DNA of 64,000 nucleotides from a virus (Duplodnaviria > Caudoviricetes), in the IMG/VR virus record IMGVR_UViG_3300015606_001334, positions 224,001 through 288,000 of that record, one strand, 5' to 3'. The position numbers and the translations under genes are program-made. The stretch's first letter is position 1. The number at the start of each line of letters is the position of its first letter. Under the pieces are notes generated by a model. It did not search any database and was not told the DNA's origin. It saw only the letters and a program-made list of their open reading frames with translations. Of the stretch, positions 36,642-43,978 are shown one piece after another.

Positions 36642-37936
36642 TCGTAGTCGGTTTTACCGGCTTGGAAGGTGTAAGGCAAGTCTTTAGCGACTGGCTTATT
36701 TTCCTTGAGCTGAGGACGAGTAAGTTTGGTGGTTTCGCGACGAGCTAGAGCATCGCATTCAAACTTAGCGTCTGCAGTGGTCAACTGCAGTGGCGGCGTC
36801 TTCTGAGTCCAGGCGGAAGGGCCGCGTAGGAAACCGACGATACCCATTTCAGAAGCAACCTTACAGAAACGGATAGCAGAAACAACCACACCACCAGAAT
36901 TCGGAGAATCCTGAACAGATAGACGGCAAGTGAACTCATAACGAGCGCCAGCAAAGCCATAAGCAACCATGTCGATATTGCAGACCTTGTTGTCGGAACC
37001 GACATATTGGCCGCCCGGCTTCTGTAGAACGGTTAGAGAAGGACCAGCGAACAAGCTAAGACCGGCAGTTGATTCATTACGAATCGAGTTTTGGCCCTTA
37101 AGCACATTTTCCTTGGAGACGTGCTTGTTATGTAGACGAGACTTTTCGCTCATGTTGAGGAAGTCAGTGTTTGCAGTACGGCCAGTACGGATACCTTCTT
37201 GACCTTGGGTAGAGCCACAAGCCATGTTGAGCTGAATATGTTGGGTAACCATCAGACCAGAGTCAAGCATTGCGCCCTGCAGAACTTCAGACAGACGAGA
37301 TGCACCCCAAGCGGAACGCATATCGGAACCAACGATGGTCAAACCAGCGTCGATGAACTTCTGTTCGTATTCCTGGGTTTCCTCAGTAGAAATGAGGGTA
37401 GGAATACAGTTGACCACGTGACAGCCAGCCTTTAGAGCTGCGTCGATGTAGAAACGAGAAGCGTCTTCCGAACCAACAGGGAGATAGTTGATGACGACAT
37501 CAACCTTGTGATACTTGAGCAGATCGACGATACGATCAAACGATTCGGCAGGAATTGCACCAGTGCGGAAAGAAACATCTTCCGGATAGTCCAGCATCCA
37601 AGGTGCGATGCCGTCCAGTTCAGGACCGGAGTAGACCATTGCTCCATCTTCAACGCAACCACCTTTGGAAGCATCGAGGATAGTTTCGACATGATCCATT
37701 GCGCAGTTCGGCTTGGCGCGCAGAGCATCCTTGAGCTGATGGTTTACTTTACGACGGTCAACGTCGAAACCAGCGACGAACAGAATGTCACCAGCTGCGT
37801 AACCACCGATGTCAGCGTACATCAGACCGACCTTGTCAGCTGGGTTTTCCATGTAATACTGGATACCTTCGACCAAGGACTTTGCACAGTTGCCAACACC
37901 GACGATGGCCACACGAATCTTCTTATTTGTACTCAT
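36638..37936 (-). CDS. ino1: Myo-inositol-1-phosphate synthase (inositol-3-phosphate synthase)
   Basis: IRVAIVGVGNCAKSLVEG..YY, AGFDVD.RKV, VVINYLPVGSE, VNCIP, GSDMRS..GA, NTDFLNM, GP, DNK, DSPNSGGVV..AIR..K. Confidence 0.93.
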   Translation of the reverse strand: MSTNKKIRVAIVGVGNCAKSLVEGIQYYMENPADKVGLMYADIGGYAAGDILFVAGFDVDRRKVNHQLKDALRAKPNCAMDHVETILDASKGGCVEDGAMVYSGPELDGIAPWMLDYPEDVSFRTGAIPAESFDRIVDLLKYHKVDVVINYLPVGSEDASRFYIDAALKAGCHVVNCIPTLISTEETQEYEQKFIDAGLTIVGSDMRSAWGASRLSEVLQGAMLDSGLMVTQHIQLNMACGSTQGQEGIRTGRTANTDFLNMSEKSRLHNKHVSKENVLKGQNSIRNESTAGLSLFAGPSLTVLQKPGGQYVGSDNKVCNIDMVAYGFAGARYEFTCRLSVQDSPNSGGVVVSAIRFCKVASEMGIVGFLRGPSAWTQKTPPLQLTTADAKFECDALARRETTKLTRPQLKENKPVAKDLPYTFQAGKTDYE

Positions 37937-38107
37937 TGTAGATTTCTCCTTTTGGTTATGTCAGTTTAACGTCACCGCTCGGATCAAGGAAAGGAAGATG
38001 ATCTAAGCCATTGGCCGCAAACGAGTTATTCGCGGGTAGGACGAGTGGAGGGTACCACTATGATAAATATTTACTTATTTTCAACGTGATTTTTCATCGA
38101 TCATTGA
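37937..38107 (-). promoter_or_regulatory. Structured 5' leader of ino1 (riboswitch-like candidate)
   Basis: Three hairpins; one has a UCUUCCUUUCCU loop complementary to the AAAGGAG SD. Confidence 0.4.
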
Positions 38108-38136
38108 ATTTTATACTACTTCCAGGAATTTGTAAA
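38108..38136 (-). promoter_or_regulatory. Sigma70-like promoter for the ino1 operon
   Basis: gTTTACA-17 bp-TAAAAT on the minus strand. Confidence 0.7.
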
Positions 38137-38137
38137 C

Positions 38138-38254
38138 ATGAAAAAGATAGTTAAACCTTTAGACCGCTTCATCTCAAATCACAACAAGTTCTTGACTCCG
38201 TTAGAAGTCATCACCTGCATGTTCATCATTGCAGGCGTCATAAGACACTGGTGA
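38138..38254 (+). CDS. Small putative membrane peptide (38 aa)
   Basis: MKKIVKPLDRFISNHNKFLTPLEVITCMFIIAGVIRHW; AGGA SD; ATAAATA at about 38063. Confidence 0.4.
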   Translation: MKKIVKPLDRFISNHNKFLTPLEVITCMFIIAGVIRHW

Positions 38255-38258
38255 GTGG

Positions 38259-38825
38259 TCAGAGTTTCTTCCACTCAATCTTTCGAGAATCGATGTTCCA
38301 ATCAGGAACATGAGCAACTGCTACAACTTTTGTGTAGGTCTTTGACGGATTGAAGATCAACGCACACTTACCATCATCTTTACTGGTGTAAATAATACCG
38401 TCAAAATTAGCTCTGATGAGCTTATCAACAGCCGGATACTTGTTCACAACATAGATTAGGAAACCATCGTCATGCCATTTGTTGAAATCGTCATCGTCCT
38501 TTACTATTTCTTCTATTTTGGTTATTGCTTCGCGCTGCTTTGGTGTGAGCTTGGACAATCCTTTATCTCGGATACTTTTGTCCAATACGAAAAAATGTTC
38601 TACTTTGGTTATTATCTTGAATAAGTATTCACCATAGTTTCGAATCATGCGATCTTTGAGCTGATCCTCAACGTCGTACGTTGTGTAGAAACCGCCACCA
38701 AAGATCGCAACACCAGTTCGTTGGTGTCCAATAACGACTTTGAACGACGATTTGTCAGCAGTCTTGCTGCGATGGAACACGGTTGCAAGGGAGCCGTACA
38801 ATGCTTCAGTTAGAGTCATTTTCAT
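38259..38825 (-). CDS. H-Y-type (PARP/ART-PolyVal-like) ADP-ribosyltransferase-fold protein with capsid-targeting-like N-terminus
   Basis: MKMTLTE|A; VFHRS, FGGGFYTT, YGEYLFKI, FDGIIY, ALIFNP; late promoter at 38856..38862. Confidence 0.6.
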   Translation of the reverse strand: MKMTLTEALYGSLATVFHRSKTADKSSFKVVIGHQRTGVAIFGGGFYTTYDVEDQLKDRMIRNYGEYLFKIITKVEHFFVLDKSIRDKGLSKLTPKQREAITKIEEIVKDDDDFNKWHDDGFLIYVVNKYPAVDKLIRANFDGIIYTSKDDGKCALIFNPSKTYTKVVAVAHVPDWNIDSRKIEWKKL

Positions 38826-38870
38826 AATTTGATACGCAATCATAAAGTATGAAGTTATTTATCAACAGAC

Positions 38871-38908
38871 AAAAAGAAAGGGAGCCGAAGCTCCCTTTTC
38901 ATTTTTTT
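38871..38908 (-). terminator. Intrinsic terminator after the major capsid gene
   Basis: AAAGGGAGC-cgaa-GCTCCCTTT; the minus-strand loop is UUCG. Confidence 0.85.
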
Positions 38909-38925
38909 GCTACTTACGCCTAATC

Positions 38926-40131
38926 TTACATGAAGGTTAGGTTTGCAACGTTGATGCGACCGTAGTAGTCAGCACTGTTACCTAGAGAGGTTGCAGTGTT
39001 GGTAAAGGTTGCTTTACCGTAACGGGTCATCAAGCTGACTTGTGGGTTGTAAGTTGCTGGATCGATGATTACGTTGCTTGACATCAATGGGATGTATGGG
39101 CAGTAGAAGTAACCGGTATCCATTTCACCAGAACCGCCTTTGTAACCAACTAGAACTGGTTCAGTACCTTGATCGTGGTAGATGTAGGTGTAAACCTTGA
39201 TGGAACCGTTTAGGGTGCCGATTAGTTTGGTGTTGTTAGGACCTTCGAAAGAACCTTGAGTTGCTGGAACCCAAACGGACTTTGCTGCGGACTGTAGAAC
39301 AGAAGCAACTAGTGGGGAAACAACGATCCAGTTAGCTGCACCACGACGGGTCTTACGAGCGATTTCGTTAGCGACCTTGTTGATTAGAACGCCTAGAACT
39401 GCGTGACGATCACCAACGTAGTGTGGAGTACCGGTGAAGGTACCAGCCATGTCGAAAGTTTCAACGGTGCCAGCTAGAGCGATTAGGTCGTTGATAATTT
39501 CGTTGTCGATTTCAGAAACGATTTCTGCAGATAGAGCTGCAGTGATTTCTGCCTCTAGGTTTAGACCGTGCTGTGCAGATAGATCCTGAGCAGCTTCTAG
39601 GGTCCACTTAGCTTGTAGCTTACGGGTACCAGCGGTAACAGTTTGCTTCAAGACTTCTAGGGATAGGTTACGACCACCGAATGCTTCGAAGTCGGAGGTT
39701 GCTGCGACGGTACCGGTTGCAACACCGTTTGCGTCAACACCACCGGTGTAGAAGCGCTTGGTCTTGGAGTTGTTACCGAAAACTTCGGTAGAACCACCAA
39801 CGATATCCTCAGAACCTGCGCCCTGTGGGGAAACGTCTAGGTTTTCAGAGAATAGGAAGCGTAGGGAGTACGCTAGACCAACTGGACCTGCTAGTGGCTG
39901 AACACCAACTAGTTCGGTTGCGATAGTGCCAGGAATGATACGGCGGATCATTGGGATCGCGATCTTCTGGAAGTTGCTGATTGCTGAAGCTGCGGTAACG
40001 CCTGCTGCTGCAGTTTCAGTGATGTATGATTTTTGGTTCTCTAGAAGTGGAGCAACAAGCTTCTTTTGCTTCTCGGTAAGGCCTTCCATTAGAACGCCTT
40101 TTGCTTCTGACCATTGTTCGAATAATTCCAT
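38926..40131 (-). CDS. gp23: Major capsid protein, gp23-like
   Basis: LLENQ, ITE| cleavage site, IPMIRR..P, LVGVQPL.GP.G, RKLQAKWTLEAAQDL, EIDNEII, RRGAANW, GYKG, YCPYIPL, MTRYG. Confidence 0.97.
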   Translation of the reverse strand: MELFEQWSEAKGVLMEGLTEKQKKLVAPLLENQKSYITETAAAGVTAASAISNFQKIAIPMIRRIIPGTIATELVGVQPLAGPVGLAYSLRFLFSENLDVSPQGAGSEDIVGGSTEVFGNNSKTKRFYTGGVDANGVATGTVAATSDFEAFGGRNLSLEVLKQTVTAGTRKLQAKWTLEAAQDLSAQHGLNLEAEITAALSAEIVSEIDNEIINDLIALAGTVETFDMAGTFTGTPHYVGDRHAVLGVLINKVANEIARKTRRGAANWIVVSPLVASVLQSAAKSVWVPATQGSFEGPNNTKLIGTLNGSIKVYTYIYHDQGTEPVLVGYKGGSGEMDTGYFYCPYIPLMSSNVIIDPATYNPQVSLMTRYGKATFTNTATSLGNSADYYGRINVANLTFM

Positions 40132-40172
40132 ATCTTATCTCCTCGTGTATGAATCTAAGGGTTGTAAACTAA

Positions 40173-41057
40173 TTATTTATTCCCAATGCCAGCGAGAGCA
40201 CGAAGTGCTTCCAACTTGCTATCCTTGGGTGCTGCTACTTGGGTTGATTCTTCAATCTTTTCGCCGGTTACGACTTTGGTTTCCTTAGCGGATTCAGTAA
40301 CTACTTGAGCTGCTGGTTCCTGCTTTTCTTCCTTAAGTACGCGACCAATGAATTGGTTGTATGCTTCTTCAAGCTTTTCAGTTTCTACAGACTGTAGAAT
40401 GAATGCCATCTGCTCGCGCTTGGAACCAGTTAGTGGCTTTAGAACTTCAGCCATCTTTGATTCACGAACAAGTTTAACTTGTTCTGCTTCGAGTTCAGCA
40501 ATCTTCTTAGCTGCATCTTCTAGCTTGCTCTCAGTTATTTGTAGCTGAGATTGTACTGATTCTTCATCGACAAAATTCTTGGAGAATTCAGTAACGAATG
40601 CTTCAAAAATCTGACGACCAAAATGGTTCTGCTTAACTACTTCGATGTCTTCCTTAAGTTCTTCGAACTCTTCGGTTAGACGGATTTCGAAGAAGGCATC
40701 GATCTTGTCAACTAGTTGATCTAGATCTTCCTGAACCTTTGCAGCCATTTCGCTCTTGTGTTCAACAACCTTAGCTGCATATTCTGCTTCTAGGTCACGG
40801 AAACGCTCGATGTCTGACTTTAGCTCAGTTAGTTCTTCAGTAATTTGTTCATCAACAAACTTCTCTAGTGACTCAACTAGTGCGTCACGTTCTTTAGTCC
40901 ATTGCTCTGCGAGTTCAGCGCGAACTTCTAGAAGTGATGCTTCTTTCATCTCAGCCATTTTGGCTTCGACGACTTGCTGCCACTTCTGAGAAATCTCTGC
41001 CTTAACATCTTCGCTTAGCAGTTCGGATTCCAAAAGTTTTTGGAGGATTTCATCCAT
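40173..41057 (-). CDS. gp22: Prohead core scaffold protein, gp22-like
   Basis: Acidic coiled coil between protease and capsid; TATAAATA at 41128..41135. Confidence 0.85.
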   Translation of the reverse strand: MDEILQKLLESELLSEDVKAEISQKWQQVVEAKMAEMKEASLLEVRAELAEQWTKERDALVESLEKFVDEQITEELTELKSDIERFRDLEAEYAAKVVEHKSEMAAKVQEDLDQLVDKIDAFFEIRLTEEFEELKEDIEVVKQNHFGRQIFEAFVTEFSKNFVDEESVQSQLQITESKLEDAAKKIAELEAEQVKLVRESKMAEVLKPLTGSKREQMAFILQSVETEKLEEAYNQFIGRVLKEEKQEPAAQVVTESAKETKVVTGEKIEESTQVAAPKDSKLEALRALAGIGNK

Positions 41058-41235
41058 AACTAATCTCCTTGTCTTTAAAATTCTGTGAAAATTCTTCGTT
41101 GTCGCTAAATCTTCAACAAGTTAAAAATATTTATAAAGATTCTAAAAAAGTGTGAAAAAACAATGCATAATTAAGGGAACTTAATTACGAAGAAACTTCA
41201 TAACCATAACTTGTTGATTTCAAACGAAATCTAAA

Positions 41236-41499
41236 TTACTCAGTTCCTTGCGTGGCTGCTTCTGCTGAAGCCACTGCTGCTGCTTCTGCTGCTGCGTCGT
41301 CCGCTGAATGAGTTTGAGTATCATCAGTGGAGTCATTAGCAACTTCAGTTTGATTTTCTTGGGCAGTTGGTGTTGCGCCGATACCAGTAATTTCTTTTGA
41401 CTTTAGGGTTAGATATTGATGAAAATCTGCCTTGGCCTCGTCTGGTTTGTCATTAATGAAGTTTTGCAAAACGCTCTTAAGTAGTTCTCTTTTATCCAT
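41236..41499 (-). CDS. Small prohead core protein (gp67/gp68-like position)
   Basis: AGGAG SD, late promoter at 41538..41544, acidic Ala-rich tail. Confidence 0.6.
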   Translation of the reverse strand: MDKRELLKSVLQNFINDKPDEAKADFHQYLTLKSKEITGIGATPTAQENQTEVANDSTDDTQTHSADDAAAEAAAVASAEAATQGTE

Positions 41500-41550
41500 A
41501 TAGAATCTCCTTATATGATGTATATGTTGATGATTTTTATTTATTATGAG

Positions 41551-41585
41551 AAAAAGGCCATATTTTGGTATGGCCTTTTCTTTTT
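41551..41585 (-). terminator. Intrinsic terminator
   Basis: AAAAGGCCATA...TATGGCCTTTT. Confidence 0.7.
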
Positions 41586-42204
41586 AACGCTTAGATGCGG
41601 TAATCGCTTCAAGGAATTTGAAAATTTCTTTTTGTAGATGCTTTTGTGCAGTCTTATCGTGTACAACAGCTTCTGCTAGAGTAATGATCTTTTGGTTTTC
41701 CAAAGACTCTTTGATTACGTTTGGATATGCGTTTGGTGCCGATGGGGTAGCAACAATGTCGACAGTAACAAAGTTGAAATCAGAAACATAACCTTCATTG
41801 GTAACGTTGCCAGTACCACGAGAGGAAACTCCTAGTTTGATACCGCCTTCTAGTAGACCCTTAGCAATGTTACCCATTGGGGTATTTAGAAGTTTGCATT
41901 TACCAACAGCATTTGCACCATCCATCTTGATTTCGGTAATCGCGTGAGAAACACGGGATAGGTCGATGGATAGGGAATCTGGGTGGTTCAATTCACCCAT
42001 GATGTAGTGACCTTGCTCGATACGTTCTTGGATTAGGCCAACTGCGCGGGAAATCTCTTCAAGAGGATAAACGCGCTTGTTGCCGTTACGAACGTCGGCT
42101 TGCATTAGGATTCCGTTAAGATAAGTGTTCTTAGCGGTGTCTTGCATCTCCATCAATCCTGCTTGGACTGGTGTGAGTTGTTCAATAAGTAGTTGTGAGT
42201 TCAT
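41584..42204 (-). CDS. gp21: Prohead protease, gp21-like
   Basis: GILMQAD.RN.N.RVYP, GELNHP, VSH.I, TPMG.I, GVSSRG.G, D.VA.PSAP.A. Confidence 0.96.
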   Translation of the reverse strand: MNSQLLIEQLTPVQAGLMEMQDTAKNTYLNGILMQADVRNGNKRVYPLEEISRAVGLIQERIEQGHYIMGELNHPDSLSIDLSRVSHAITEIKMDGANAVGKCKLLNTPMGNIAKGLLEGGIKLGVSSRGTGNVTNEGYVSDFNFVTVDIVATPSAPNAYPNVIKESLENQKIITLAEAVVHDKTAQKHLQKEIFKFLEAITASKR

Positions 42205-42249
42205 TCAAGTCTCCAAAGTATAACACTTAGCGTATTTATACTCGAAAAT

Positions 42250-42278
42250 AAAGGGAGTGATTTTATTTTCACTCCCTT
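42250..42278 (-). terminator. Intrinsic terminator after the portal gene
   Basis: AAGGGAGTGA...TCACTCCCTT. Confidence 0.7.
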
Positions 42279-42284
42279 GATAGG

Positions 42285-43970
42285 TTACATATTGCCTAAG
42301 TCGAGACCACCGCCTTGATCACCTGGAGGTTGTTCTCCACCACCTCCTTGGTCATCGCCTCCGAAGTCGAGGCCAGCCTGCTCAGGTTTATCTGCTTCCA
42401 TGTCTAAGCCTTCATCCTCACCACCTTCGTCTGGAGCGGATCCACCACGTTTCTTCTTACTCTTCTTCTCTTCAAGCTTAATAGCATCACGATTCTCGAA
42501 GAATGCTGGGTCATAGATCTGCTGTAGATCGGTTAGAGAAGCATCGTCTGCAATTGAACGTTCTTGTTTCAACATCATTTCGTTCATTTGGATCTCGTCT
42601 TCAGAGAAGCCAAGGTAACGCTTCATCATTAGGCGCTTAGAAATGTACTTGACATCTTCAATTGACTTGAACGCGTTAATTAGGTCGGCATCAAGAGCAG
42701 CTTGACGGTATAGAGCGAAGTTCTGTGGATCTGGTAGTTTGATCTTGAATAGAGAAGGATCAATGTTGATACCAGCGAATTCGAGATATTTCTTGAATTC
42801 GACATCCATTACCTTTTCGATTTGGTTCTGTAGACGCTTAACAAAGTTTGCAAAGCGAAGTTCTTCAATGTAAGCAATGCCGACCTTACCGTCCTGGACC
42901 TGAGCTCCTTGAGCGTCAGCACCCTTCATGTAAGAGGTAGGAACGCGCAAACCACGGAATAGTTTATCACGGAAGTAAACAATGTCAGAGTTCTCGCCGA
43001 GGTTTTCGCCTGCAGGTAGAGTTTCAATACGCGAACCCTTACCTTCAGAGGAAACTGGGAAGAAGTAATCTTCCTGGATAGAGTTTGGATTGTAGACAGA
43101 GTCGACTTGATCCTTACCACCAGTTGAAGAAGAGGTTGGAACACGTTTCTGACGAATATCGTTCTTGATAGATTCCAAATACTGCTTAACACGTTGTTGT
43201 GGCATGTTACCAACGTCAATGTAGAAAACACGACGTTCTGGTGCACGAACAATTCGGTAGATAATGATGGAATCTTCAAGCATGGATAGTTGCTTGAATG
43301 TCTTGTAGATGGACTGAAGTAGAGACTCGCCGAATGGAGCACTTTCGCCCATGTCGTCAGACAATGTGAAGTGGATGATGTTTGGTTCAGTGTAAACAGT
43401 CGTGACAGAGTTCTTGTTGATGTTGTCAGTCTTAGATTCTTCACGAACGTGGAATGCTACCTTCTTTCCTTCTTCATCGATTTCGATACCGATAATCTTA
43501 GCGACTTCAATGAATTCCCATTTCTTGTTATCACCATGCTTAATGAAGAAGCAATCACCATACTTAATCATACAACGAGCAATTCTGAAAATTCTGTTAT
43601 TCAGATCGTGGATGTTTGACCAGTGACGAAGCGCTGCGCGAAGAGTAGTGACTGTTACTTCACTGACTTCCTGATTCTGTTCGATTTGATAATCGATTTC
43701 AAATGGTAGACCAGTCTTTTCGTCGATGGTGGACATTTCTTCAGCGATAATGTCCAATGCGCGAGCAATATCGACGTCAGCGTCCATCGCGTCGTATTGG
43801 TTGTAACGAGAAATACGAGAGCCAGAACCCTTGATGAGTTGAGAATAAGCTGCTACGGTGTTGAATGCCGCGCCGTAGAAATTATTGTCGTTTGAATCGT
43901 ACTTAAGGGTAGTTACTTCCTGCTTTTTAGCAGGAGTAATAATTTTCCAATAACTTGACCAAGTCGCCAT
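42285..43970 (-). CDS. gp20: Portal protein, gp20-like
   Basis: QL.MLEDS.IIYRI.RAPERRVFYIDVGNMP, EDYFFP, IETLP.G.NLG, L.VP.S, EELRF..FV.RLQ. Confidence 0.97.
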   Translation of the reverse strand: MATWSSYWKIITPAKKQEVTTLKYDSNDNNFYGAAFNTVAAYSQLIKGSGSRISRYNQYDAMDADVDIARALDIIAEEMSTIDEKTGLPFEIDYQIEQNQEVSEVTVTTLRAALRHWSNIHDLNNRIFRIARCMIKYGDCFFIKHGDNKKWEFIEVAKIIGIEIDEEGKKVAFHVREESKTDNINKNSVTTVYTEPNIIHFTLSDDMGESAPFGESLLQSIYKTFKQLSMLEDSIIIYRIVRAPERRVFYIDVGNMPQQRVKQYLESIKNDIRQKRVPTSSSTGGKDQVDSVYNPNSIQEDYFFPVSSEGKGSRIETLPAGENLGENSDIVYFRDKLFRGLRVPTSYMKGADAQGAQVQDGKVGIAYIEELRFANFVKRLQNQIEKVMDVEFKKYLEFAGINIDPSLFKIKLPDPQNFALYRQAALDADLINAFKSIEDVKYISKRLMMKRYLGFSEDEIQMNEMMLKQERSIADDASLTDLQQIYDPAFFENRDAIKLEEKKSKKKRGGSAPDEGGEDEGLDMEADKPEQAGLDFGGDDQGGGGEQPPGDQGGGLDLGNM

Positions 43971-43978
43971 TTTAATCC

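Noticed and set aside
37937-38107. Known ribozyme, riboswitch (glmS, hammerhead, preQ1-II, SAM-II) or tRNA in the ino1 leader
   Set aside because: Conserved core nucleotides of these classes and a cloverleaf/TTCGA arm were not found by eye; kept only as an unclassified candidate.
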